From Phoronis australis (taxonomy: Eukaryota; Animalia; Phoronida), in NCBI GenBank assembly GCA_002633005.1, contig NMRA01000991.1, forward strand, positions 12,527 to 76,526: 64,000 bases of DNA, written 5' to 3'. The notes beneath the pieces were generated by a model, which saw only the letters and a list, made by a program, of their open reading frames with translations, ran no database searches and had not been told where the DNA came from. The stretch's first letter is position 1. Every line of letters starts with the position of its first letter. This document shows positions 36,301-48,414 of the stretch, one piece after another. The position numbers were made by a program, and so were the translations under genes.

Positions 36301-38399
36301 CCCATGGGTAATTTTGTTACTGGTATAGTATGTATGTACAACTGTAATCGTAGGGCAATTGTAATGCAAACCATGTTGCAAAAGTATTTTTTCATGACCA
36401 TTTCTTTGTAAAATGCTGCCTAATTGGAACCGACAAGCCAGTTTTTCATTTTGTGGTGGTTAGTTTTGATAAGAACATTGATGTGGTAATTACAACTACC
36501 TCAGGTTTGTGAAAAAGAGATTTCCAGTGTTGTCAGCGATATTGCGAAATCACTTTTTCGCAGTGACACTGCATCACCTTAAATGTAATTCCCTGACTTC
36601 ATGGGCTTTGTGTGGTTGACTCTGTCCTGTAGCAATCAGAGTGTTGAAAATATCTATAAGGCAATTTTTTATTAGAGTCAGAACATTTGCACTTTTGACT
36701 GTACAGTTATCTTTGCATTGTATTACGAAAACAAGTACACAAGTCTCTGGTTGGTATTTTATATTTTTTCACAAGGAATATTTTCAACTTAGATGAGTTG
36801 TCTGTGAGGTAGGCAATTTACAAATAAGATAATGAATAAAATTGTCAAACATTGTTTTATTTTTTAGATGTGTGATCTTCCAATAAGTGATTACTTTTAA
36901 AAAACCTGTGTAGAATTTGATTTTTACTCTTCATTTAAAGGAGAATAAATCCATAAACCTGCATTGTCTAGAAAGTTTACTCAAACTACATATTACAGGG
37001 TTGGGGATTGGAAACTTAATACAACAGAGTCTGAACCCGTACCATGAGCAATATAATTAACACAATACACGGATATAAAAATTTGGTGTTTAGGTTCCAC
37101 GGAAAGGATTCGTATGCGCGGTAATAGTTACTAAGGTGCGTGGTCATTGTTTGTGGATACTTTGGGATTCCTCTTCTGTGGTCATCCACGGGAAACCTGG
37201 TCGAATAGAGAACGATTTTTAGCATCTTCATTGTTCCCGTTGTTATAATAAAGATATAATGACGAGCACTTATCGGCAACGGTCTGATGTACGCAAGGTT
37301 CTACATCCATGCGACCTGTGTTGTTATATCCAACAATGACACAACAAAGGAAAACAATGATAGGACCGATGGGCGAAAAACATGCGACGAGTTGCCATGG
37401 ACAGTGGTCGAGTTTGTCTTGTCATTCGAATCATGGTTTTTAGAGAACTGCAGGAAAATTTCTGTGGTCTTTTGTATTAAGTTGTGGGAAAAATTGCGGT
37501 CATGCCACCAAACTTATCATTCATTTGATATTACAATGCAGTGCATGAACATTTGATCAACAGAAAATCTGACTTGAATATGTGTGAAGAAATACCCATG
37601 AGGAAATTGCAAAGTAAAACAACTGTAAATCAAAATAACCTACATTTGTCGAGTTCATGTCTAACCCTGTTCACTGTGGAGGACATAATCGGCTTTTTAC
37701 AAAATGGAGCCATGTATGGTATTTAGGGGTACTATAGCCTTAAGTGATAAGTAGTAAAACGTTCAAAACATTCAGGAGGAACTAACTGGTTGCAAAATAT
37801 CGAAAAACATGAAGGACAATCGGATTTTACGGTGCTCACGCATCGATCTCAGATATATGAAAATTTCTCATTTTAGTACATTTGAGGTGCCAAAATGTAT
37901 AACTAATAAACTGGCTGACAAAGTTTTTATTTTATGCAATGAAAGTAACATGTTTTGTCAACATTTTGGCTAAGTTTCATTCTCATAACAGTGGGGGCAG
38001 ATTTGGTACAGCAGTGTACTGAACACAACCTCAAAATGGCATAACGGGGGGCAGTGTAGTAAAACTACTAAATGAGGGTGGTAAATCGGAATCGTGTTTC
38101 AAGACATCTGTGTAACAATCTATAGGCACCACTAAACAATGCCAAGTGAATAATAAATCAATAGCTTTCATTCAAGGAAAAATATGAACAGTTAAAACTG
38201 GACAGTTTTTATACCGTGAAAACATGGCTGCGAAGCCGTAAAATGTGTTTGAACCTATAACTTTAGAAAAACGCAATATTTTGAGGAAATATTTTACCGC
38301 TGTTTATAGATCCCATAGGACTACATATGTGCCAAATTTGGTGAAAATCGGCTGACCCCCACCTTGCCGCTCATGGTTGGTGTTCTCGTGGACTAGTAC
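33379..38399 (+). mobile_element. TTAA-flanked DNA transposon (Sola3-like) with decayed transposase, inserted into repeat X
   Basis: TTAA at 33375-33378 and 38400-38403. TIR GTATCAGTCCACG...AGCGGCAAGGTGGGGGGTCAGCC vs GTACTAGTCCACG...AGCGGCAAGGTGGGGGTCAGCC. The flanks rejoin to match 27150-27250. Relic peptides: ETLGKCTR...HL...VERVLL (~34265-34360) and VWVWKSSQPARRY...PEDMSKRICSLRNESGEKVFAKDYWLIPQQVQS (~35100-35290). Confidence 0.82.
36939..37739 (-). mobile_element. Possible Kolobok-type relic with decayed THAP fragment, nested in the Sola3-like element
   Basis: TTAA|AGGAGAAT left end resembles the Kolobok end at 58409. The minus strand gives NRSLF/RFPVDDHRR (THAP-like). The right end GGGGTACTATAGCC|TTAA matches only weakly. 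Confidence 0.35.
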
Positions 38400-41300
38400 T
38401 TAATCCCAGTAAATAGTTTTGTAACTGCCGATCTGCATATTAGACATTCATATTGCATCATACCTCATCAGAGTAAAACCTGTTATCAATCATAGTAGAA
38501 AAAATTATTTTTATCATTGCAACAAGACGTTAACAAATGCAGTCAGTGTCTGTAACTGTTGTGTCTACATTGCTGATGAACTTAAGTCGGTCTATTTCCA
38601 TTTTATATCACTGATTCATGCCAAAGGCTTGAAATTGCGCCCCCTTAAGAGTTTTGACTTGCCCTTGTGATCACTAGAATCCGATGGAATAAACTTATAG
38701 AAGTTGTTTTTTAACCAGTGTAATATAGCTGAAAATTGTGTGCGTTTTCGTTTGCGAGAGTGTTCTTTTTGAATCAATGGGTTAATCATTTTTACGCTCT
38801 ACATGAAAACACAGATTACTTTTTTAGGATTACATGTACCAGGTTAACCCAAAAATATTACTTTATATTAGTTTTACCCCTTGGAGTATACGCAAAACAC
38901 CAAGTATTGTGTTCTTACGCCAAAGGGCTCGGAAGGCTCTAGCCTTGGGGCAAAGCTGTTTACTAAATTAAATATACAAATTTGTGCCATTGTGGGTAAA
39001 AACTGACAGAATAAAATCTTCCTAGGGTAATCTAAATTATTTACAAGCGTTGCAAAAATGTTTTTTTTACAATTATTCTGCTGCTAAAGTTATGGTGTGA
39101 TCTTATGCGTCGACTTTCGACCCAATGAAATATTGCGTCCCCTTTTAGCCAGTTTCTTTTTCACAGATTCTTCAATCAAACGTTCTCCAAAGAGGTTGCG
39201 TAAACGTCACAACAAATGATCAGAATTGGTTTCACTTCATTATATGTTTTTGGAATTTTGATATCAGTGAACCGAATTTTAGAACAAATTTTGCTGAGAT
39301 GTTGTCATCACCTAATGGGAGATGTTGAAAACATTTCGGAATGAACTTTTTTCAAAACGACGGCATACGTTTTTCCGTTAAAAAAGGCAGAGAATTACGC
39401 AGGAAGATGACGTCGGATGTTTTTCGCTTAATCGGCCGTAACGGGCAACTTGAATGCCAATTGACTTCTAGATTTTGCATGCACACCTGCCGGTCTTGAG
39501 CTCATGTTGATACAAGCTTTTCGACGAGGTGACAAGCGTAACTATCTGGGCTGCGTGAAGTTTCGAGGTCTATTTGATCATAATAAGCAATGGCACCTTG
39601 CTGTTTTTTGAAAATAGTCTTTATACATCTAGCTGGCTAGATAGGAAGGCTCTAGTTTCGAAAAGATTTTTTACAGCGAAAGTGACAATAATTTCTGAAT
39701 AATGATGGATGACACTATAAACCGATCACAGCCTTCCGTTTTCATGCGCCCATGATTAAATATCGGCGCTATGTTCAAACCATTGTTTATGTTGTTCCTA
39801 AAATATTACTTGGGTTATACTGCTGTACCAACATATTAAGAAATTATACAGAAATAAGCAATAATTATCTGTGGTAAATCGCAATATACAGCGTGATGAA
39901 GTGATGATCAAGAGCTATAACGGATGAACGCAAATGCGTGATGCTTGTTGAGCATTCCGCTGCATGAAAACACTTGAGGTAGTAAAATATCCAGAGTTGT
40001 ATTCTGATTTTTATGCAGTTTTACTGTAAATTTCAAATTTCGTGCTTGCTTTTGTGCATAATGTACTGTATAAAAAGTCTCATATCTAAATTTAGAAATT
40101 ATGCTTCCGCGATATCACTTAACGTTTGATTTTATCACGCCGTCATTAATTCAACATAAAGTTTTAGGCTGGTGTAATGTCACGCACTTCGTACATGTAT
40201 TTGTAGGTTGATTCGATTTTACCTCCATTCAATAGTTGATAAACCTATGTCAAGAAAGGAGTTGCCACTGGTAAACGAACAGCGAACAGTGAAATCTTTG
40301 TTTGACCAAAGTTCGCCTGCTAAGTCATAAAATGGTAATTGCCTACCAAGGACACGCTTAATCCGAATTGGTAGTCTACGCTAGGCGACCACTTAGCCGA
40401 CCCAAGTGCCGACCACAGAGGCGACTCAGCAGACGGCTCCTAGCCGACCGCTGTTGGTGGGCTGCTGGTCGGCTAGACGACCGGTCGACGGCCGGTCGTC
40501 GACCAATTTCCGACCGGGCGGACAAAAATTCGTGATGTGTGCTGTGTGTACTCGTCTAAATAATTCGAACAGATTTTGTTGTACACTCTCTCAGAAACAA
40601 CGAAGGGTTATTGTAAAGGTGTTTCTCATACAGTTCATTCAAAAGCAGATCTATTTTCTCACTGCGTGCTGTTGTTGCAGTCGGACATGTCATGATTAGA
40701 TAGCGATGTATACGTGCCAGGAACTTGTAAACAGTTGGCCATTTCATGTTAATAGGAAAGTGAGATTAATTGCTCATTTCTTCATGTTCCCATCCTGGCC
40801 CTTGGCGTTTCTTTAACATCTTTTCGGGAAGTTGTCCATGACATCCTGTTTTGCATCACCACTAACCAGCTTCGGTTCAACTCCACGAGATGTCTCCGTG
40901 GTGTTACCGTCATCTACAATGTTTCAGTGGTGCTGGCACTCTCTTGTGGTAGTTTTTTATAATTCCACTTGCAGTCCGGTTTTAGGGGCTTGCCTTCTTT
41001 CACCAGCCTCGTGGGCTAGCCATACCTCCTCATTTTGATGTGCTTGTTTTGACTCCTCACCCGTGTGGGCTGATTTTTCATAGCATGTACCCGAGTTTGT
41101 GACTTTTCAAGAACTTTGGGTGGCTCCTCCACAGACTCGCATCTTGTGCAATGGTTATCAATTTCCACAGTCTAGTTAGGTCCACGTGATCGCGCCTTGG
41201 TAACGTGAATAAGCTCCTGGTACGCATATGCGCGCACCTAAGCTTGTCTCGGAGCCTCGAACGAGCCCCCATTTGGCGAAGTTGGCAAAATGGTTAACCT

Positions 41301-41849
41301 TAGGCAATCAAAGATTCCGAAAATTTGAAAACGAAACAAGAGTCTTCTAATAAGGGGGTAAGAGCCACAACTGGCTGATGCAGAATACATAGCTCTGAAC
41401 TTGTCCGGTGAAGTTTAGTAATAGATCCACATTCTCAAAAAATCAAGACCTGCGCTCATACCTTCCGGTGCGACGATAGGTTTAAGACTGATGGGGGATA
41501 ACAACTTTTATTAATCTCGAACCTGTTTTGAAAACTCAACTCAAACAAAACGCTCTAAGCTCCAGTCCGTGTTGCAAAACCTAGATTTGCGGTGTACTTC
41601 TGAAACACTTCCAGCAAATGGTATCATCGTTGATTCAGTAACCTGCTGTCTCTGTAGCTGGCTCTCTGGTGACTAACGCTATATCTTATGGTTCTGTAAG
41701 TGCAACTCAGTTAAATATTTAGTTCAGCTTAACTTAGTTTTTCAACTCATTGCTACTAACCCGCACCTGGGTATTCATGGATTCTCACATTTCACTCCAA
41801 CTTTTAACCAGTTTAAACAGATTTCTAAAACTTTCCACAATCTAACCTT

Positions 41850-44800
41850 TCATTCCGCAAATTCACAATATGCCCCAGCATATTGCAGATTGCCGTTCCA
41901 TTTTTGGCGTACAGTGAAAATGCAGCTCGGCTGTGCACGTAGAGGTGGTTTCATTGGAACACACAGAAACAACGAGGTTGAGTTTAACTGGTTCGAGTGT
42001 TATACACTGTTGATCGTGATACAGACCATTGAAACTACCAGTTCAGAATGGCAACTATTATTTGTTTATTTGTACTAGTAGAATTATCAAGATCATGGCT
42101 CAATAGATTAACACACTCTTCTTGAGGGTCCCAATTGATGCCCAGTACCTTCACACTTGTAGAGTCATCAGCAACTTCATGCATTACAGTTGTGTCCGGA
42201 GAAGCCCGAAAGCGCAAATTGAAACCAGCTGCTTTCACAATGGCCCAAAGGCGGTCAATTTTTCCGTGAATGGTCAACAGTAGGGAAGCTGGTGATGATA
42301 TTGTCCTCACAACACTTGCGTTTGATGTCGGAAGCAATGGGGTCGCTACCACAGCGGTCAAGATGCTAACGCATTATCGCATACGGAGCTAAAGAGAACA
42401 GTCCAAAAGCCTTGGAGTACAAAATCACTATCAGGATTATTTGGGTCAGAAAGCCACAGAAATAATTTAAGATCACATTCCTGTACTTCGATTTAGTGAA
42501 ATATTTTTGTCAAGCTCGGCAAATAGACCAATTTTGTGCACTCGAAATAGAAGCAGTATGGCGTACAGGTCATTGATTAGTGAGGAGCCTACTTGCATAC
42601 AGTCATTCAGGCATGGTCTGGCTGAGTTGGGTTTACATCTTCAGTCGTACACCACGGTTGCAGAAGTAGTTTTGGAGTCGAGTGACTGGTGGATGTGGAC
42701 TAAAATGTTTTGGCCGCTAAACGATTCACCAATTATCACTACCGTCAGTGAAATCGAGTGCCGGGATGTAAAAGTTAAAACATAGCGCAGGTGCGAGAAT
42801 AGCATACGTGGAGGTCCCCGTGGTCTGGTTTCCACGGAAGTTTCTGTTTATGTACGGATTGTCTTTAGTTTGAGCGATGGCCTGATAGAGGTGGTTGAGC
42901 TTGACATCGTCGGGTGGTGTAGCGCTTTGTTGGTTACCTATTCATTCAAGTTCCTAAAGCGTTCTAAATCCATTGGCGGTGCTGATACAAACTGTACAGA
43001 GACCGAGAGGGAACACCTCTCGTTTTAGTTTAAAGGCCCCCATATAAGGAAACTTTATTTCTATCCGAAGGGGATTGGTCCGTTGCCACAGATGACTTTG
43101 TCTAGGGCAAAGTTATATTATTGATCTGCCCCAAAGAGCAAGTTCACGTCAAAGGAGCGGTCGCGAGTGGAGCTGTGGGCAAGCCTGAGGCTTTTGAGGT
43201 TCTTACAGCTATTGGGGCGAGGTACGACAACTTCGACTTGTATGTGCTCAAGTGTAGGACATACCACAATGACAGTCGTAACACTATAGGCTTTGCAGTT
43301 GACTTTTGAGTGGCCTCAAAACTATTTACGTGAATATTCTCTTGGAAAGTGGGTTGAAATCCAAGAATAGACGTAACGGATCGTTGGACCAATTCGTCAA
43401 ACAATATGATGGTCCTACTGGTGTTTGATTTCCCATCGCTAACATGAGCCGTAACTGTGTTTAACAGTACCATGGTATTGGGTGAGGTGATATGCGTGAC
43501 ATTAGTGTCGACGGTAGCTTTCGGGGGCAGACTCGCGGTTTGAGGTATCAACTGTGAGAGGGAGAGGGTGGAGGAGCTGATGTTGTAACTGGTGGCAAAC
43601 TGGTCGAGTTAGTATGGTGTTCGGACGACTTTTGCGTTTGAGGGATGTTTGCTTTGGGTTCGCAACATAAGCTGCTATGATCCTTAATTTTTTATTGCGG
43701 GAAGGCAGTCAGCAATTCTTTTCCGTGTCTATAGTTAGCCCAGAGTCGTACGATACGTGGGCTGGGCAGTGAGTGACAACGTGGTTTCCGAAACAGTGAA
43801 ACCATAATTTATTTGTGCGTTAGGCTTGAAAGATCAGGAGCGGGTTTGAAATGCCTCCACGCAGGACTGGCACAAGTCGTCGGTCAATCCTCTGCAGCCT
43901 GGAGAATCTTTACTTCGGTCTTTTAAAAGTCGCGAGGAGTGATGAGAGACATGTGGATGTATCTGTGGTTTTGGTGAATAATACTCTTCCGGAAGTCAGC
44001 TGGGATTTTGTCCAGAATGATCGGAACGAGCATGTGCTTTTTGTCCGTCAAGCAGCTCTTCCCGCCATTCAAAAATTTGTGAAAGTGTCCGGGATGCGAC
44101 CGAACATTTAAAGCATGACTTTTGCAGATGAAGTTTCGTGGTCGGGACGTAGTGGTCTTGTAAGAGATTCATGGCTGTAGAATAATTTACTCCGGTGATA
44201 TACATGCCGTTGATAATTTCTTTGCCAGCACCTTTTGAAGACGAGTGGATTGTTGTTGATAGTACCGATGTACGTGTCCAAAAACATGACATTTTAGGCA
44301 ACTGCTGTAGATATAGACGAAATGTATTTCCTGTGAATAATTGTACTTCCGTGATGTAGGTTTCATTCTCGTGAGTTTCTTGAAGAGATTCTTCAGTGTC
44401 AGGGAGGAGATCGTGAATCTTGTTGTTAATTGCGGTTACTGCTTCTAACTTTTCATGGAGGATGGGGGGAAGGTAAGAAGTATGTTCAGTACCAGCACTC
44501 TCTAACTTTTGAAAAATAGTCGTCACCTGTCCCTCCTGAGAAGATCATTTGGCTCTGATGCACTTCATCTGTAGCATAATCCGCTGTTCACGGCACAAAA
44601 ATGCGACGTACAGCAAAAAATGTGGTTCCAGGTTGAGTCGAACTTCTTCTATTGTTATCAACGGCTTACCGAGTTATAGATTTTACACATTGTCAGTGCC
44701 GATTGACAACTATAACTCGTACTGCCTCAGACACAAATGACAGAACTATATTTAGAGACACTAGAGATTCTAGAATTAACCAATCCAATAAAATGTACAA

Positions 44801-44954
44801 ATAAGGGATGCCCTTTGTTCATAAGCAGTTCTTGGATTAGGAAGAATCACTAATCACCTTCTCAGAGAAAGCGGTGGTAAACAACAACAAAAATTCATCT
44901 CACGCTATGACTATACTAAAATGATTCCAAAATACATTAACACATTCCGTGACA
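41850..44954 (-). mobile_element. Decayed BEL/Pao LTR retrotransposon (5' LTR, PBS, gag, protease, RT/RNase H); 3' end lost
   Basis: Putative LTR 44602-44954 (TGTCACGG...CGTCGCA) followed by a tRNA-His-like PBS, TTGTGCCGTGA. Gag NYSTAMNLLQDHY (DUF1759-like). Protease VLLNTVTAHV...IILFDELVQRS (DUF1758-like). Pao-type AAGFNLRFRAS and VKVLGINWDPQEE. Confidence 0.85.
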
Positions 44955-45617
44955 TCCTTGGCCACTAACGTTAATAATTCAAAAAATTCCCAGACAAATG
45001 CATCGTCACTGACCCTTGAACAATTTCAATTAAGTGCTACCAACAATTAAACACGTCGAAACTAAAACAATTGCCAGCTTGCCCCTGACAGTCGGTTAAC
45101 CAATGACCCACTGGATAAGGGAAGTAGATGTAGTTCCTATTTCAATTCCTGGAAATTGGAATAACTCGATACGTGTCTTAAACACAATGAAGAGGGTAGC
45201 GAAGGACCTTCCTCGTGTCTCGGAAGTTTTAGAGGATAGCCTAAATAAGTTATTTTAAAATAAGATTTTTCCACCAAAATTTGTCCACATACTGATAATA
45301 CTCAATATACTGCACCAATGTACATGATAACATCATATATTTGGACGCACTTGTCATCGGACAACTTTGTTTTGTGGTTGAGCCTCCTATTCGTAACATA
45401 GACACGTCGTTGAAGAGTGCACTAGACCCGTGGGTGTCTCTGATGGAAAATGTAAGACTTCTTTTGGTCTCTTCCACTTGTACGCACAAGTCAATTGTGC
45501 GTAAGAATCCACGTCAGCAGCATAATACCAAATGCAGTTTTTGAAATGCTTGCAGTTACACCGCTGCACAGCTAGTCAGCTTCAAAATCCGCACGTGAGT
45601 GGCGTGCTAGTACTTAC

Positions 45618-45899
45618 CGTTACAAATTTTGATGTCACATGTACTCCACGACGGTAAATCCTCTCCTTCTACGTAACACCAAGGGCCACCCTCATAATGA
45701 TCTGGATTTCGACAATAGTTCGAGAGCTGCACGGCTCTTGGCCATTTCATATATGATTCTATTGTACGTCTACTTTTAAACAAGTGCCTCTTAACTTCCA
45801 TACTACCCCACGTCCTGCATGGCTGTCCCGTCCTGGTGTAGTGAACGTAACCGTTATAGTCAAGTCCTTTAACGTCCACTTTGCATCCGAGGTCTGACT
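45618..45899 (-). CDS. Kringle-domain exon (kringle B) of a multi-kringle extracellular protein
   Basis: 282 nt, phase 1/1. Acceptor TTTTTTTTTTCTTGCAG, donor GTAAGT. Translates SDLGCKVDVKGLDYNGYVHYTRTGQPCRTW...NYCRNPDHYEGGPWCYVEGEDLPSWSTCDIKICN with all six kringle cysteines and the CRNPD and GPWCY motifs. Confidence 0.95.
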
Positions 45900-46380
45900 C
45901 TGCAAGAAAAAAAAAACAAAAAAGTGACACTATGTTTGGCAAAGGTTTCAGAAGTGTAGAAACATCTACTACTCGGTAAGGCGTGCTTACTTGTGTTGGT
46001 TGATTTGCAGCCTCCATTTAGCGAGCCCATTAAGACATAGTGAAATGGCTTACTGCCGGACACTTACAGTGCCAACTGAAAAAGAGATTGCGTGAAAATG
46101 GTGCAACACTAAGATGCATGTTAACTGAAATGCTGGCCGATGTCGGCATCACAGCTGTCGATTTTTATTTTGTTCACATAGTTGTGCCGATATTTGACGT
46201 TGGTCTCGAGGTCTTTTCGTACACGCATATCAAAGCGATCATATTAATGTTCCGCAGGTTTTCTTGCAGGTTAGTCAATGACAGTGGACTTAATGGATAC
46301 TGGATGTTTGGGGTGTTAACGCGATGATGGTTATTAGTGAAGTCACGTTACAATCCGAAGAGTATGTTTTAAATAGCCAT
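45900..46380. repeat. Intron segment duplicated together with the kringle exon (paralog at 52672-53124)
   Basis: 46021-46150 aligns ungapped to 52762-52891 at 104/130 by hand count. Confidence 0.9.
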
Positions 46381-46466
46381 CAATGTTTAGGCTATTTATG
46401 TACACCGTTTCGTCAGTCAATCTATTGCACGGAGACATTGATGTATACTATGCTTTTTCAACTTAC

Positions 46467-46488
46467 CTGTCCTTTTTGAGGTTGAGGG
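46467..46488 (-). CDS. 22-nt linker micro-exon (PSTSKRT)
   Basis: ATGCATTTTCAG|CCCTCAACCTCAAAAAGGACAG|GTAAGT. Phase 0->1, joins kringle B in frame. Confidence 0.6.
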
Positions 46489-46810
46489 CTGAAAATGCAT
46501 CTTAAGGATGTCATGTCTCATTAAAAGCGTGAATAAATGAATTTGTATCGATCGCCCTCTTATGAATTCTTAGCGTACAGTGTGTACAAATACATGTGTA
46601 ATCAGGAAAATAAAATATATAAATGAAATGCCGAATTAAAGAAAAACGAGTGCGAGCATATAGAACACCCTAGCAATCCTTATTCCATAGTGACGTGACC
46701 AAATCATAAAAATTTTTCATTTTTACTAGACTAACGATGACAAATCACTAATACTTGTTTACATAAAATAGTTTCGCATAACAAGACTTTCGCGAGATTG
46801 TAACACTAAC

Positions 46811-46844
46811 CGGTTCCGGGATGGTTCCGGGCACGCCGTAAGAC
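46811..46844 (-). CDS. 34-nt linker micro-exon (SYGVPGTIPEP)
   Basis: AAACTCAG|GTCTTACGGCGTGCCCGGAACCATCCCGGAACCG|GTTAGT. GC-rich island in an AT-rich intron. Phase 2->0. Confidence 0.55.
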
Positions 46845-46943
46845 CTGAGTTTGTAAACTAGCACTTCATTTGCATAATAACAATTGAATGAAACATGAAT
46901 TCTATAACTTTCATCAAGAGGAGCTCTGCAAGTTTGCTTTCAT

Positions 46944-46945
<2 letters not shown>

Positions 46946-46981
<36 letters not shown>

Positions 46982-46990
46982 CCTCCCTCT
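46946..46990. repeat. (CT)n microsatellite
   Basis: Direct reading. Confidence 0.95.
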
Positions 46991-47416
46991 GTACATTGAG
47001 CTTCAACTACTATACCTCATATGAATATCTTTTGTTTTTAGCCCATTATATATTATTGAATTATAAAAACCACATATCTTATCTAATCATATTATCGGCT
47101 GTTACAATTTTGTTTTCAGAAATTTCTAGAATCTCTAGAGTGCTTTGACCTCAGCGCTAAAGTCGTGAGCATCACCTACATGTAAATATAGGTTTTGACG
47201 TTACAGTACATGTCAACAAACTAGATCCCGTGATTTTAAAGTCCGTAGGCACACCTTTTGGGCAACTTAAAATGTATCTATACTTACTAATAACTTAATC
47301 AATATTTGTTCTGACAAAGGATCATGCACAGCATCGGAAAATCTGGACCGAGACTTTTTGCACTTAAATTGGAAAAGCATAATGCATTTTCGTGGACGGG
47401 CCTTACAGCTAAAGCA

Positions 47417-48414
47417 TCGACAGCAACAGCGAATTGTAAGATATTGTAGAAAATGAAAAGTTCAACAAAATTTACGGCGACATTCAAGATTTATATGATG
47501 GAGAGTGTACTTTTGGACGGATAACACCGTACATGTACGAACCGGAGGAATCTTGATTCAGAAACTGAAGGAGCAAAACAGACCGACAGTCACGCAACCC
47601 GCTACGACGGTCTCAGAATCGATGTTCGTTGTTGGTGAGCAAAATTTTTTAGAATAATCAATCAATAAAATTGTTAAGACGGTTGAATTCAAAATAAGAT
47701 GACGATATTTCTTGTCGCCAAAAAGTTGGGCAATTGCAAAGCAAATTTTCCCCTAAATTTCCAAGTGATTTAGTGTTTTTTTCAATCAGTTTTTTTGGTT
47801 TCGCTATAGTTTTGACGAATAGACTAAAACTTCATGGGCACGCACCGCCAGATCGTATCGAAACTGTGTCCGACTCGGAAATCACCCGTTTTTACTTTGC
47901 CACGAGAATAGTATGCATTGTATTCAGATTCTTACACAACAGTGCAGATCAGATGGTCAGTTCAGTTTGTATTTTGAAATGTCTGTGACACAACAGCACT
48001 CCACACCAACAGGAAGGTCTAAGCTATTGACGTGCGGCCAAAATATGAAATAAAATCTACATACAAAACCAACTCCACGGCTATGTGGTCTTCATTTGAA
48101 GGTGTTATAGGATACCAAGAAAATTAGAAATAATTAGAAAAAGATCATAACACAGAAATGTTTTTGTCTAGGTGCACATGCGGTAACCGTGAACTAATAG
48201 ACACTGATAAGGAATGTATTTGCTGCCAAGAAATTCCCTTAGTAAACGATCAACTGTAAGGCACTGAAGCAGAATGCATCGCAGACTACGATTGTTTCAG
48301 GCGAGTATGCTTGAACCAATGGGTACTGGACACGATCTTTTGGGCGGACCGCCAACATTATGGTCAACTTCCGGAGAGAATACGGTCAACTTGCGGAGAC
48401 CACCCTGCACCCGA
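47417..48414 (+). pseudogene. Spliced KolX / P2X7-ballast-domain pseudogene (exons ~47417-47634 and 48172-48414)
   Basis: Exon 1 reads ...GRITPYMYEPEE/DSETE...RIDVRC and ends TG|GTGAGC. Exon 2 follows TTTTTGTCTAG| and completes W, then CTCGNRELIDTDKECICCQEIPLVNDQL*GTEAECIADYDCFRRVCLNQWVLDTIFWADRQHYG, ending at GTAAGT. Stops and a frameshift are present. Confidence 0.85.

Larger units (their letters stand above)
30400..40546. mobile_element. CMC/EnSpm-like element ends: ~70-bp inverted termini with GCCGACC subterminal repeats, enclosing ~10 kb of nested elements
   Basis: ACAGCACACATCACGAATTTTTGTCCGCCCGGTCGGAAATTGGTCGACG at 30401 is exactly inverted at 40497-40545. GCCGACC/GGTCGGC arrays at 30460-30605 and 40385-40490. 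TSD not resolved. Confidence 0.6.

Noticed and set aside
41000-41330. Gypsy gag-like LRDKLRC...IAQ on the minus strand
   Set aside because: The motif is too short and has no LTR or PBS support, so I left it uncalled.
46054-46125. Hidden coding exon in the duplicated intron (GTAAGC donor conserved in both copies)
   Set aside because: With the acceptors shared by both copies, frames compatible with the phase-1 kringle exon contain stops. The closer CAG acceptor exists only in one copy.
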